Shown: one piece after another, positions 50,101 through 63,039 of the stretch
How the letters are laid out: each line of letters starts with the position of its first letter
Position numbering within the stretch: the stretch's first letter is position 1
Translations under genes and position numbers: made by a program
Source: Phoronis australis
Lineage: Eukaryota > Animalia > Phoronida
Direction of reading: 5' to 3'
DNA length: 64,000 nt
NCBI GenBank assembly: GCA_002633005.1
Contig: NMRA01000497.1
Span: 146,883 to 210,882 of the forward strand
Notes under the pieces: generated by a model
What the model saw: only the letters and a program-made list of their open reading frames with translations
Told to the model about the DNA's origin: nothing
The model's database searches: none

Positions 50101-51683
50101 GACCGGGACTCGAACCCGGCATCTTCTGCCAACCGTGCTGACACTCTAGTCGTGGTCGGCGGGAATAAATCTTTTCATTAGGTAATGTGATGTGGCCAAC
50201 AGGTGTCGTGCAGACCAGAGTTAATGTTGTTTGTGCACAACCTACGCCTGCTACAAGTGTAGGCCTATCGATGTTCCAATTATATAGACATATTTAGGAA
50301 GTACAAGACACGGAATACCCGAATTTGATCAACATTTTCATCTAAGTTGACAGATCGGTAAAAGCATCCGTACAGTAATGAACACCTAGGAAGAAGCAGT
50401 AATTAATTGAAATGTTTTATATCAAATGCGGAAATTTTCGGGACCCCCATTTTTAGACTAACTGAGGCATCATGCATGTTGTTGCATCTGCGTCTGCAAT
50501 GTTCTGTTTCAAAGATGTGAGTTCCATCTTGCCAAATGTGCCGCCTATGAGAAATACGGACCTATAAGAGCACCCCAGCTTCACATCCGGGTGATGGGCC
50601 GTGGCTGCAACGAAACGCCAAAGCCATTCAATCGTTGTCAAAACAAATGGGCAAAAGAGGATTGTGACAGTTATCAAATATCAGCCTTCTCCAAGTACTG
50701 CGACACCAACGGAAACGAGTACCCCAACAGGTGAGTCAACGCTGGCCACTCACTCGGCTTTATCCGGCGGAATTACGTCTCGTAATGAAGTTGTAGCAAA
50801 ATTGTAAATTTTGATATAACTTCGTGAAAAGGGAGAAAAGGAAGCAACAGCCAAACCGGTTCCCTTTGACAAAAGTTTCACTTATCATAACATTCAGTAA
50901 AGTTACAATGAAATTAAACTATTTTGGAAGTACTTTCTATGAGAATAATCGATATTTTAATGATCACTTGAACAACCTCACGTGCTGAACAGAAGACAGT
51001 TGCAAACACGGCAACCTGTATAAAACTGTTTGCATTATGGGATGATTAAAGAAATTTTTGCTTGACCCTTCTTCATTCTTTGGTCAGCAAGACTGCCCGA
51101 GTTGACGGAGATTACAGTTTCTTTCATTCACCGACATTTTTCTACGAAGAACTTTCTTGCGTGAATCACGTGAGGAGCACAACGCACAGCGGTGATGATT
51201 TGACTGCGATACGGTAATTGGGGAGAGTTTACAAAAGTGTCATGAAATCACACGGAGATAGTAAAGAAGATTTAGAAATATCCATTAACTAAAGAAGTGA
51301 CCTATAGATGGCGATTAATGTTGATGGCGATTAATGTTGTCCAACGTGACCAAGTACAGTACTAGATACGCCATCTAGCGACAATGCATATTTAAAATTA
51401 TGTAGCTATTTCTGAGACATTTTCATCTGAGGTGTGCTCTCAATATAAGCCTCCACGCCCACATTACCAGTGTTGCAGAACATACATTTAAGGATATTAG
51501 AATGAATGCCAATCCTGGAAAGTGGATAGATAACAAACTATAAATTTTTAATAGAAGTTGTTCAAGGTACATATAAGTGTTATTTTTCACGTGTCTGTCT
51601 CTCCGTGTAGGTGCTATTTCATGAAGGCTCAGTGCGTAGACAAGTCAATCAAGCAGACGTGGTGCAGACCAGGCGGTCTATAA
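47195..51683 (+). CDS. Secreted three-domain Kazal-type serine protease inhibitor, 204 aa. Exons 47195-47231, 47823-47934, 49194-49370, 50515-50730, 51611-51683
   Basis: GT-AG introns with consistent phases give a 615-nt open frame. Signal peptide MLKLLAFALFVAAAQA. Kazal motifs PVCGNDG..TYKNACEM..C, PLCGTDGKTYTNKCEF..C, YCDTNGNEYPNRCYF..C. Confidence 0.92.
48673..49108. mobile_element. Harbinger-like MITE (same family as 52613-53127) in Kazal intron 2
   Basis: CAG|TGCCGGGTTGCATGAAA..AGGGACTCAACTAAGTTCCCTAAA is shared with 52613. The right end is degenerate. Confidence 0.55.
50020..50238 (-). mobile_element. tRNA-derived SINE (minus strand) fused to an inverted second tail
   Basis: B-box reverse complement GGGACTCGAACCC at ~50105. 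The tail ..GCACGCCAC.TGTTGGCCAC is mirrored by GTGGCCAACAGGTGTCGTGCAGACCAGA at ~50190-50220. Confidence 0.6.
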
Positions 51684-52612
51684 TGGAGAAGTCTCATCTC
51701 TCATTCCATTGATGACGTCAGATTATTCAATCAACCAATCAAATTTCTTTGTATTGAAGGCCGAGGGCGCAAAGTAAAATTGCAAATGTAAGCACAAACA
51801 CAATCACGATACACAAAAAGTGTTGTAAAGTTTTATCCCAGAGCATCACGTTTACGCCAATATTTTATATACACCCGGAGTCTTCATAAGCTTTATGTAC
51901 ATGGTGGCCTGGTGACTTGTACAAAATTTCAATTGAAATACTATGCAAACTACTGCAAACATTATCCTTCTTTACTACGAATCGTTTTACAAAGAACGCA
52001 GATTCAGTTATAATATAATTATTTGTTTTCTCGTGTCGGCTGTAAACCCACCCTGTGTCACAGAAACCAAGTTATGTTCAATACCACCTGCCGTTATGAA
52101 ATAGCTAACAGCTTGTTGTTTAGCCCAATAGGATGTGGAATCTGGACTTTAAAAAACAAAAAGCCCAGTTCGTTATACTCGAGCCCAGGCTAAAATAGCT
52201 TTTCACGGTGTGCATTCAGCATTCTATCGAACAGCAACGAACTGTCAGTACTTTGCAAGACCAACAATCACTTCTCATCTAAGTAAGGAACAAGTGGAAA
52301 GCAATTTTAGCGTAACTGATCGGAGCTCAAAACTTAGTTTCTTCGACGGAACTCTTGTTTATAGCTGCTTTAAAATATCTTAAGATTGTCGGAGAATCTC
52401 ATGCTCAATTCAAAATTTCAATGATGTTGTTGCTCTTCCATACAATTCATATCACAAAGAACGCCGTTCATGTCATTGAATAATAATCTGTAACGTTGAA
52501 CCTTCTCACTTCCACCTCTCAGTGGTTCGCAAAACAAAATCTCGAAACCAACCGGTTTGTAATTGGGAAATTTCTGATTTCTTTTATGGTGTCCCTGTTT
52601 GATAGCTTCCAG

Positions 52613-53127
52613 TGCCTGGTTGCATGAAATAGTCCTTCTAGGGACTCAACTAAATTCCCTAAATCTTTTGCGTATTTGCTGACTTGTGAAAACACCAATT
52701 GTCTTTCTTTAGGCTGTTTTAGTTTCATTACTAAGTCATTTTTTGAATTTGGTACACATCAAGGGCGAACTCTACGTTGAATTCTCAGTATCATCGAAAA
52801 TTGATAGGGATCTTTTCAAGAAATTCCCTAATTTAAGGACTAAGTCCGTATTTATTTTCCTCGAACTTTTTATAATGTTTATTACGAAATCTTCGATACA
52901 ATGAATATACATTACCCAGAAAGCGCCAAGAGGCATCATATCTGGGCCAAGGGCCGGGACTCAGTTTTCAGTTATCTTATTAGAAAACGACATGAGTCAA
53001 CGAGCGGCTTATAGAAAGATGGCATGATGGAAAAGATTACATCTGTGAGTAAAAAACGACGCAATACGCAAAAGATTTAGGGAACTTAGTTGAGTCCATA
53101 TTAGAGAGTGTTTCATGCAACCGGGCA
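52613..53127. mobile_element. Harbinger-like MITE with CAG TSD, containing a nested retroposon 3' tail (~52866-52950, minus)
   Basis: TIR TGCC(T/C)GGTTGCATGAAA with CAG on both flanks. The nested segment TTTATTACGAAATCTTC..CCCAGAAAGCGCCAAGAGGCAT also occurs at ~32190-32265. Confidence 0.75.
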
Positions 53128-53654
53128 CAGAACTTTTCGTAACTTGAAAGCATTTAACAAAAACAAATTGTACACAATTAGCACGTGTTATAAAAGAAAG
53201 ACTGCTGAATAAGGGACGGGTTACAACATTTACATGGGCGGAAACGAGAGCCTCTAAATTCCGGTCACAACGCCACCTACAACGAAAGCTTCTCGTAATA
53301 CTGGAAGAGAGTGTGAATTCTAGCAACGATCCTCTGAACATCAGTCCCGCACCAGCAAATACTAAATTCAAGATAAAATCCACATACAAGTACGCTTCGA
53401 ATTTGCCCCACGCTTGGTGATCAATCTCAATTTAGGCGCGCGCGTGTGTAAAGTTCTGGGGGGCGTGTCTTAAATTGTTGAAGGGCAATTCTGACGGCAC
53501 TAACTGACAGGCAATGCGTTCTATAAGTAAGAATGGTACTGAACAGTCCACGTCGCAGAACTGGATTCCAAAGGCTTCTTTAACACGTGGCAACGAGCCT
53601 ATAGGAAAAATCGTGAAGGAACCGAACACATACATAGACTGATAGCTCAAGGCA

Positions 53655-53813
53655 AAACGGCAATGGGCAAAAACTTTTGCACCGGAGCCATAATGTTGGA
53701 CGTGGAAAAAGCCTTTGACTCTGTATGGCATGACGGAATGAGATACAAACTCTCCAATATAGGTCTACCTGACAAAATGGTTAGACTCTTGTCATCTTTC
53801 CTGAGAGACAGAT
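53655..53813 (+). mobile_element. Non-LTR retrotransposon (LINE) reverse transcriptase fragment
   Basis: GAIMLDVEKAFDSVWHDGMRYKL..GLP...RLLSSFLRDR is a typical Jockey/I-group RT motif. It is cut by the N at 53814. Confidence 0.85.
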
Positions 53814-56599
53814 NCCACCTCTACCACCACCGGCCTACCAGGTCCTGCCCTCGATCTGCGTCCACACCAATCACAGCAAGGACAGAAGGCGAGATCTTCA
53901 GATCTCGCGAAGCTGTCTGAGGGCTTCGCCCTCATCTACTCTCTCACAGTCCACGTCACACTGTGACTGAGCTATGTTAAACATAGCATGTGGACGCCGT
54001 CAGCGCACAAAGGCCAGTTTTGATAGACGAGCTGAGTGACTGTGAGTTAAACTCTCATGAGTGCCGGTCCAGTTAATTCTTTAGCCTCTAACTTCATGGG
54101 GTCATCAACGTTTGGAGAATAAGGCGGCTTAAATTCAAATTAATTCGATTTTTGTGTTAAACATCGGAACGACCTCTGACCATTGTATAAAACATCTTCA
54201 AAGCCATTCCAATGTTCTCTCATTTTTCAACAATAATCGCGACCCTGATTAAATTTGGCCGCCATTATTGTTGGAGAATGCCAGGACAAGCGAATTTGGG
54301 AAACGTCTTGACCGCGAGTAAAAGATCACGAATCAATATGGGACTTGTCATAATGGCACTCTCTTGAGTAATGAGATTAAAAATGTGACTTTCGACTGAT
54401 TGCGACTCAGATATGGTCGTGGACAGAAACTCTATTACTGTATAGTGCTTCATAGATGTATAAGCAGAGGGATAAATTCCACTGCCAGCGCCTCCCATTG
54501 AGTGATTAGTTAAAGTTCACTAACTTATTTTAGTTTTTTGACACTGCCAGGGGCGCAATATTCCCTCTTTATCAGCGGCACCCCCTGGCTTTGTTGCAGA
54601 GATACATCTTTTCAAAATGTACGGAACAGGACGTCCTTGCTCATCAATTGATATTTCAACAGATTTGCCTTTTTCTTAAGACATTGGTACATATGCCATC
54701 GCACAGCAGTGGAAGTTTTCCGGCATTACAGTAACAGGAAATGTGTGAAAAGGCTGTTTGTACCAGAAGGTTGAAACCTCCCGTCCGCAGTACATGGGAT
54801 TTGCAGGTGGCGCTGAACGTCTGTCAAAGACCTGATCGCCATATGGCGGGTTAATGAATTTCGATATGGTGCAGTTATTTCGTAAGTCACGTGTTTTGTG
54901 TATAATAAATCGGTTTAATATTCATGGCAGCTGACTCATTCTCCAAACTCGGGTCCAGCAATTAGTTCAGATGTCAACATCTTTGCACAAAGAGATGGCG
55001 AAATTATGAGCTGACAAAATATACTTTTGGTCATATTCCAAGCCAGGGCCATGGGGAAAGTCTGGGAGACGGGTAGGGCAACCTAGGGAAAATGCCATGC
55101 TGCCAACTACATCTCAGGGTGTAGCCGTAAATGTGGTAATATGGCGATATGGTTTGATAGCGTATCTCGTGGAAATTGTCAGACCCACGTGAAGCAGATA
55201 GGCCTATGTTTCACGGATATCAGCGTTGACTACGCCCTCGCATGGCAATATTATTGAACGACGTCCTGATGTATTGCGAAACTTTAACTGAACACGAGGT
55301 TCACCCCGAAGAAGATAACAGTAAAACATAGTGGATGAAACGTAGTATTAATCTGCTTACTCGCCATACGTCTGTCATACCACAGGACTTAATAGTTAAA
55401 GATGCTAGGTATGCTATGTCTCATTAAAACTGTGAATATTTAAATTTGTAGCAAGCGCCACCATGTGACTTCCTGGAAAACTGTGTGTACAAGTATAATC
55501 AGGAAAAATCAATTTGTAAATAAATTGCGGTATTAACGAAAACACCACAACTGATACACTTATAAACAGATTTTACATAAAAAATTAATAATGTCAAATA
55601 TTATGCAATCGCTTTTTGACAGTGAAATAAACAAATAATAAAAAACGGTGCCTTATTTCATTTGGGTAACTATAGAATATTACCATACTCGTTTACATAA
55701 AGTAGTCTTGCAAAGCGAGACTTTCGAGAGATTGCAATGGTAATTGGTTCTCAGATGGTTCACGGCACACTGGAGCACCGGGGTTGTTTTTAAATTAGTA
55801 CTTCATTTGCATATTCACAATTAAATGAGAATATGCATCTCTGAGCCTGAAAAAGACGCCGTTCGAGCCCCAGTCACGCTCCCCTGTCCCTACGCACTTA
55901 CATCCTTCCGGCACAATACTATAGTCATGCATTATGACATAGGCGTGTTTGGACTTCATTGTTCGAGGGACGTAATAAAATTTTACCCCTCCCCGTTTGC
56001 CACCCAATTTCACTTTCCCAGGATGCTTCAACACCACACCGCGGTCGTCACCAGTTGAACACCATCGATCAGTATTACCACTTTATAGTTACTGAAATGT
56101 TTAGCACGTCACAGACCAGAAATGATTGATTCAAATTATCTCAGTATTTAGAAGTAGTGGGCATTTTCGAGAGACTTTATATCGAGAAACACCCCAGAAC
56201 ATTGTTTATTGGTTAGTTGCTTTAAGTTGATGTTAGGTGATGTGGTAAATTTAGCAACGGTGGCTAATAAAGGCCTATCATGAAAGCAGCCTTAAAACGA
56301 TGAACCGACTGTTGCAAACGTCGTCTGTGCATTATTGCTCAGGTTACTTTCATCAAAACGATAAAGCTCTGGCGACGACATGCACATAACTGTACATGTA
56401 ATAGCATTATTGATCACGTACGGAGCGCCCCAAACGGTCATAGCCGTAACCAAGTTCTGTTAACACAGATGACACCTAATGCCCTCCACTTCGGGATAGG
56501 TTACCTTCATTTCTTTGTTTTCTGAACAATAGTTGATAATTTGTCCACCCTCTGCATAGCCTTTATCGACGAACTAATACATTTCATAGTTGTGAAAAA

Positions 56600-57275
56600 A
56601 TAAATAAAAACATTCCAGTTAAACATGTCTGTTTATCAAACAGCTCATCGACTCAGACAGTTATTTCCTAATCTACTTTATACATGCAAACGTTCCTTGC
56701 CTTCACGTCTCAACTTGAATGTGCATGACCGGCATGGATTGGTCGAAATGAACATGCATGCACGTTCATATTTAGTGTTCCAAGAATCTACCCTGCGAAG
56801 ACGAAACTATCTGACAAAATATCAAGAATGAAAATGCGCCCGAGCCGCCATCTTGAAAGGGACTTCAAGTTTTTTAGCTTTGAATAATAGCACGTCAAAA
56901 ACAACTAATGACAGAAAACTTTCGAAGGAATTGGTTCTATAATGCGCCCTCTACAGAAGAAAACGTTTTTTGCTCGAAATCGCTATTGCCGATATTGCTG
57001 CCATCTTTGACCGAAAGTTATTGATTTACAGTGCAGTTATTGTACTTGTCGGCTATAATAATCGTACTAATTTTCAGCCTTGTACTGGTTGAAAATTGCG
57101 GCCTCTATGAGCATTTGAATCTGAAATCGGAAACAAAATGGCCGCCACGTCCGCCATTTTGAATCTGATTATGACCAAAAACAAAAAGTTTTCAGAACTT
57201 CCGGATCTACATGTCGTGCGCGAATTTCGTGCGAATCGAATGAAAATTGCGACCTGTAGAGTGCGAACAAACAAA
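56600..57275 (-). mobile_element. Helentron-associated-type repeat fragment (reverse orientation)
   Basis: Repeated GCCGCCATCTTG/CCGCCATTTTG and GAAATTTCG..GAATCGAATGAAAATTGCGACCTGTAGAG..ACAAACA. Boundaries are approximate. Confidence 0.4.
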
Positions 57276-57744
57276 AAAAAATAGTGTTAGAGCAACATAC
57301 TTGTCGGAATTCAAAGAATTAATTAACAAAGGAAAAGTAACCTAAGGTTGACAAGCCGTGTTTTGCTGGCGGCTTTAGATGCTATGAGTCAAATGGACAG
57401 GTTCTGCTAACGTGCCATTGCTTTTTAACCAGATCGACAAGACCTGTGGAAAGTTAGCCTACAGATCAGCGAGCCGCGTTCCTGAAACATGTCGGAAAAT
57501 AAACAACGGATAAAACGCCATTCGCTTTTCGTACTGGAAGGAAAGACATTGAAAACAAACGACCGTTACGAGGATGTAATGCGCTCGGCCGTGTTCTTAC
57601 AAAAGAAAATGGCGACGAACACTTCTCTATGCAATCGTACCAGACAGCTTACGTCAGCTCTAAAGGAACAGTTTTTAGTCTGAGTAACGTCTCCGAAATC
57701 TAGCACCCCTTTCATGAGCAAGTGGATTTTTCAACTGTGACCAT

Positions 57745-58220
57745 TTGTTATATACGAGTTTATATGTCCTATGAACGATTGTCTTCGTTCAAATGTCAGG
57801 CAATGTTACGTTTGTAAAACGGTTTGCAGTATTTCACATCGGTTATCCATGCATCTTCAAAATGGCGCCACCCTAAAACATTTTCTGCAGTGTCACGAAC
57901 GTAAAATCACCAGTCAGGAAATTGTGGAAACACGTCAATGCAGTAGAAAGAGCACAATGAGCTGCGATTGAAAGTATTGGGATATCTTTGATTGCATTTG
58001 AGAAGCCTGTTTTGAATGAGCAGCAAACAGGGTTGTGCCTCACGTTGCACTTATTTGCGTGAATTTCGTGGTACCCGCCTTCATTTGTCTTTTTTTGTAG
58101 TATTTCACACCTGCAGTGTCCCACCGTCTAAGTCTCCAGCTTTTGCTCTGTGGTGCTATTACTGCGTCATTTTATTTCCACTTGAGAATGAAACAAGTAT
58201 GTTTCGAAATATCGTGTGTC
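57745..58220 (+). mobile_element. Penelope-like retroelement remnant (GIY-YIG endonuclease plus pLTR segment)
   Basis: VIYEFICP..C..YV(C)KT..ISHRLSMHLQNG..KH....H..IT..EIVE, then (frameshifted) RLKVL..LIAFEKPVLNEQ. Confidence 0.75.
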
Positions 58221-59410
58221 TTCTAATCATGTCTCTTGGTCAGTCGCTTCCCCAATGTTCCGTTGCGTGTCGAACGTTGTTCCGAGGATACGAACTGAAC
58301 AAAATAAATATTGTTAATAACAAGTGCCGTGTATTTAATAAATTTTGCCTATCGGAAACTTGTTCCCGAAGTACAGCTTAGTAGAACAGGACTAGACGCA
58401 TACTTTCAGTAGATCATGGTGGGTAATATGGCTAATAACCATTTCATCCTCGGCTGGCGAGCGGCTTTATACTCTCATGTTGTAGATAACAAAACGATAA
58501 CCCATTGTTCATTATACTCACCACCACGGACTCCCAGCTGGGACTTCTTTAGGATGTCTTTCCATTTTTATTAGCGTAACTGTATTTATGGACCTCTCGG
58601 AGTTTCAAAAATTATTTCGATTTAACAAATTGAAAGCGTACAGTTGCTGTTAAAGATTTCGTGAGGTTGATGAACGAAAATCACACAGTAGCATATTTTG
58701 GTACAAAAATACCCTCAATTTTGAGGCGCGGTGTTGATATCGTATCTCGTGCGAACTGTCAGTGATGACGTGAGACCTGAACTGTTTGATTAAGTGTTTT
58801 TAACTAAATTTTTAAATGAACAAGAATACGGCATAATTTTATGCATATACAGGAAATGGTTGTTCTTATATGAAGATGCGATTTGCCCAATTTAGGTAGA
58901 TAAATACGAAAATTTGGATTATAATTTGGAATTTTACTCTCATAAAATCGGTCTGGTAATAACACACTGCTATAGGATTCCATTTCCGTTGCCAACAAGA
59001 ACACCAAAACCTTCAGCGATTCACGAGAACTCTATAGAGTTTATTGCGGTTAGACAACTCTAAAGCTGCTAATTCTAAAATGGCACATTGCACGCAATCC
59101 CTTGAATTGAGTACGTGCACGTAACGGGCAATGAATTCTGTCACGGTAAGGAATATTATGAGACCGATTTTATGAGAGTAAAAGACCTATCATTCAGTTT
59201 CTGTTTTTAACCATCTGAAAAGGACGAATTGCAGTTTTTAAAAATGCTCTGATTTCAGGGCTGGGTTGTCGAGGCAGGAAAGTCTATGAAAAACTGTACT
59301 TTAACACAGTTGTCCGTTCCATCAACCAATTTTTATTATTATTATCATTATCGGTATACAGAACAGAATTGCTGACATGTAAGACAAAAATCAAGACATT
59401 CTCACTCTCA

Positions 59411-59445
<35 letters not shown>

Positions 59446-59448
59446 CGC
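59411..59448. repeat. (CA)n microsatellite
   Basis: Directly visible. Confidence 0.9.
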
Positions 59449-60786
59449 ACCCCCCTCAACATACCCACCCACTTTTAGTAGGATGTTGTCAGGCAAAAGT
59501 TATGGTTAACCAGTTTCTCCAGGCTGCATGGTATTCATCTAAATTGCCATTATTTAATAAAATTCTTCTTGGAATATAAAATCCTCTTTCTAATATCTTA
59601 AGGAAATGGCAGAAACTGGAGATTAAATTTTACACCTGAATAGGTAAATAAAATGTTCTAATTGCAAAAGTATCCAATTTAAAACTTTATTTTCATCACT
59701 TATGGGCATGCCAAAAATCATTGTTTTTGTCAATAACCATATTTATACCTTTTAACAACAACACTCAACTGCGTAATTCTCCTATCAATATTTTTATATT
59801 ATTGCATTCGAAAACGATGTAATCCACTGTTTCACTTTGTGAATGGCAGGAAGTACATACATCGGAGTCCACCAGGTTAATGTTTTTAAGAAAAAGAGTT
59901 CGTCACAAGTGTTCTATACAATAGTTTAAACTGCAGTGTACATAACTTAAAATCATAGTTTTAAAAGACAACGAATATAATTTTTTCCAGTCATCACTTC
60001 GAAATTGATAACCTTCTTTTTGAAATCGTTTTTGGGCAATAGACAAAATTTTGTTCTGTCAAACAATTTCATATATCATTTTACATATTGACGTGCAGTT
60101 TAAACAATTACGGATATCAAAAGGTATTATTGGTCCATATATCTTAATTGACTTCATTTGTAATGATGTTCTCCTTAGAAACGACCTAATGGACTCAATC
60201 AAAGAACAATATTTCAAAAAGTTTGTAGATATATTCGAGATCTTTTTAAATTTAATGAGTAAAATTTAATTTCATCAAGTATGTCATTAATAAAAAGAAC
60301 ACCACCACTAGCATACTTACTAAAGAAGATAGATTTTCTGTCTATTAGTGTTTCATCGTTATGCCATAAACTTGTTGAGAGTAAATCATTCGCATCTTTA
60401 TGGTGCTGTTAACTAATGAAAAAAAACCAGTTACTTAGAAATTCGTTCCAAAAAGGATTGGTTACTTCAGTACGATATTTAATAAAATCATTTCCAAAAT
60501 TTATAATATTTGACTTTGCAATCCCTGTTTCAAGTTCAAACAGATTCACCTATTTCGATTCAGAGTTAAGTAGTCTCTTTATCCATGAAATTTTTATAGC
60601 CTAAAAAAATTATATTCAACATTTTAACTCCCCCTTCCTCATAAGTTTTAATTAATACATCTCTCTCCACTCTCTCAACTTTGTTATTTCAAATAAACTT
60701 AAAAAATGCTTGCGTCATTCATAATAATGTCTGATGGAGTGGGCAAAATTTTTCACCGTAAATGGCTCACAATATCTTACGTCATG

Positions 60787-61005
60787 AGAGGAGGCAGTGT
60801 GGCCTGGTTGATAAGTGCCCGCTTTCTTTACTCCAGGTCGTGGGTTCAAGTCCCACCAGGTCACATTGCTAAACCCTTTAGCCAGGTTTCTAGCTCCTCA
60901 GCTCGTTTTTAACCATATATTAATAATGCATAAAAATATTTCCAGGTGATCAGTGCAATAGGCCCACATGCGAGGCCTGCGCACGTCTGGTACAACGTGT
61001 ATCAG
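60787..61005 (+). mobile_element. tRNA-derived SINE immediately upstream of the Kazal gene 2 promoter
   Basis: A-box-like GTGGCCTGGTTG and B-box GGTTCAAGTCC. An inverted copy lies at 42440-42670. Confidence 0.7.
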
Positions 61006-61089
61006 ACCGCCTGCAATTATTTTCTATTATCTTACGTCACGGAGTGAACCCCTGTGCGAGTCTTGACGCGCGCGCCGTCCCCGCAAGAG

Positions 61090-61096
61090 TATATAA
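61090..61096 (+). promoter_or_regulatory. TATA box of Kazal gene 2
   Basis: TATATAA lies 55 bp before the ATG, inside a block conserved with the gene 1 upstream region. Confidence 0.55.
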
Positions 61097-61144
61097 GAAC
61101 ACTGCGTACAACATACACCACATTTTTTATCAGGGATTAGAGAA

Positions 61145-62538
61145 ATGCTGAAATTACTCGCTTTCGCTCTTTTTGTGGCGGGTAAGCTTTTTTGGAAATG
61201 TTGTTCTTAAGCGAATGCTCAAAATTTGCATATTTTAGAAAATTTTCACCAACTATATTCCAAACTTTCAGTGATTGACACGATGGGATGATTGAATTAT
61301 GATTTTAAGGAATTTGGTGACTAGTTCAACAGACTGGATGGGGACTCGTTATTTTCTACATGTGCCATTAAATCTGCTTAGCAATATCCGAGGACTAATG
61401 GGAAGACGACGACTCCACCAAGAATGGATACCGTTCCACGCTTTTGTTTTCTACTTCAGAACCAGATAGTTTGTGTTGTACCTTTGAACATAGAAATGAC
61501 ACTGTAAAGCATTCTTTTTAGAATGTTAGCATATCATTTGATTAGGGCAACTGTCTTTCACTTCCGTTCTCTTATAGGCAACTTCTTTTTATCTAGTTTA
61601 TACACACGTATAAACGATTAAGTTTTTGACTTCCCAGTAACTTGTTGAAAAACGAACACACAGGATCGACTATTGTGCTTTACTTCCAGTCGCCCATGCT
61701 ACTGCTAGCTTGAAATGCAGCATCCAGCTACGAGTTAACTGCGATAAGTTTGGAGACAAGCCTGTATGTGGCGAAGACAGCGTAGGCCGGGAAACTTACA
61801 AGAATGCGTACGTATGTTTACATAGTATGCAGAGAATAACGAAACTTTTCATACATGTACATGTTCGACATAGTAAGCATTTTAAGTCACAAAGAAGGCA
61901 CTTCCCAAAAATCCACTCTTCTCTGGTGCGTGCTGGCACTCGGAGATTTGGGAAACAGTAATTTTCCTGTGTGTTCCTCCACACCACGATGATAACACAG
62001 AAGCTCGTCATTATCCTTACGTGTGTAGAGAATGGTGCGGAATGTACCAAAGAGAATTTATGTATTTCCAGGGCACTAAAAGTACGCAGCAAAGCGTTCA
62101 TCCGAATTTTGCCAGAAAAGGCACTTTTCTTGAGGGAAATTGTCGAAAAAGCCAGCCAAAGTTTTGTAGTGAAACTGATCGTGTAAAAGTCGCCCTTAAT
62201 TCTAAGATGCGCTTCACGAGCACTTCTCTTATACGACTACCCGCACCCAAAAACTAAGCATCCTTTCGTGACTACTTCTTTGAATTTCCACAGAAATCAG
62301 CGGGATCTTGCTAAGCTCTAGACTTAATGAACACTGTTTCTTCTTTTTCCATTTCATGCAGTTGTGAGATGGACCGTTCGGCTTGTAAACTAACCAAGGA
62401 CATTAAGATGGTATTCAACGGTCCATGCGAAAATTCTACCAAACCCGAATGCAAAGATGACTACATCGAAAAGAATATCAAATGTGACGACCTTGATCCA
62501 GTAGTCTGCGGAACAGACGGGAGGACTTACACCAACAA
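61145..62538 (+). CDS. Kazal-type inhibitor paralogue 2 (partial). Exons 61145-61181, 61690-61807, 62362-62538; remaining exons presumably beyond the window
   Basis: Exon phases are identical to gene 1. MLKLLAFALFVAVAHATASLKCSIQLRVNCDKFGDKPVCGED..TYKNACEMDRSAC..CDDLDPVVCGTDGRTYTN. Confidence 0.9.
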
Positions 62539-63039
62539 GTATGCAATAGTAAAAAATCAACTTTACTTAACTCGGTCTGTGCAACATGGCATCATAACTT
62601 ACTGACCGACGCTTGAGAAATAGTATGTTATAGGAAATTTAAACTGTTGACGCGTACTGTAGTGCACGTAACTTAATGCATGCACGTTTTGATACACGCA
62701 GAGTCCACGGGAAACGGAAATAGTAAAGTATGTGATTTTAGTGTTAATATGAATTTGTATAACCGAACGAAGGTACAGAAGTGCGTTGTAGTTAGCGCCA
62801 AACCAAAGAATACTCCGGCAACTGGTCAACTTCAAGATTTGAATAAAAGTAAATATTTCTGATTAGTGTAACAATGTCTTAACACTCGCGAAAAAAACTA
62901 GTGTGATCACGAGCTTCGGCTGAAATGCCTGGCGATATCTCGCAAAGACTTGCGTGGTCTTACTTTTTTGCCAGTTTCTCGCGTCTTCTTCAAACGTACC
63001 TTTTTCCTCTGCCAAATACACATGACCTACAGTAGTTGC

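Noticed and set aside
55300-55345. Second hammerhead-like string (CCCGAAGAAG..GAAACGT)
   Set aside because: The core is non-canonical, there is no convincing stem II and no adjacent Penelope ORF.
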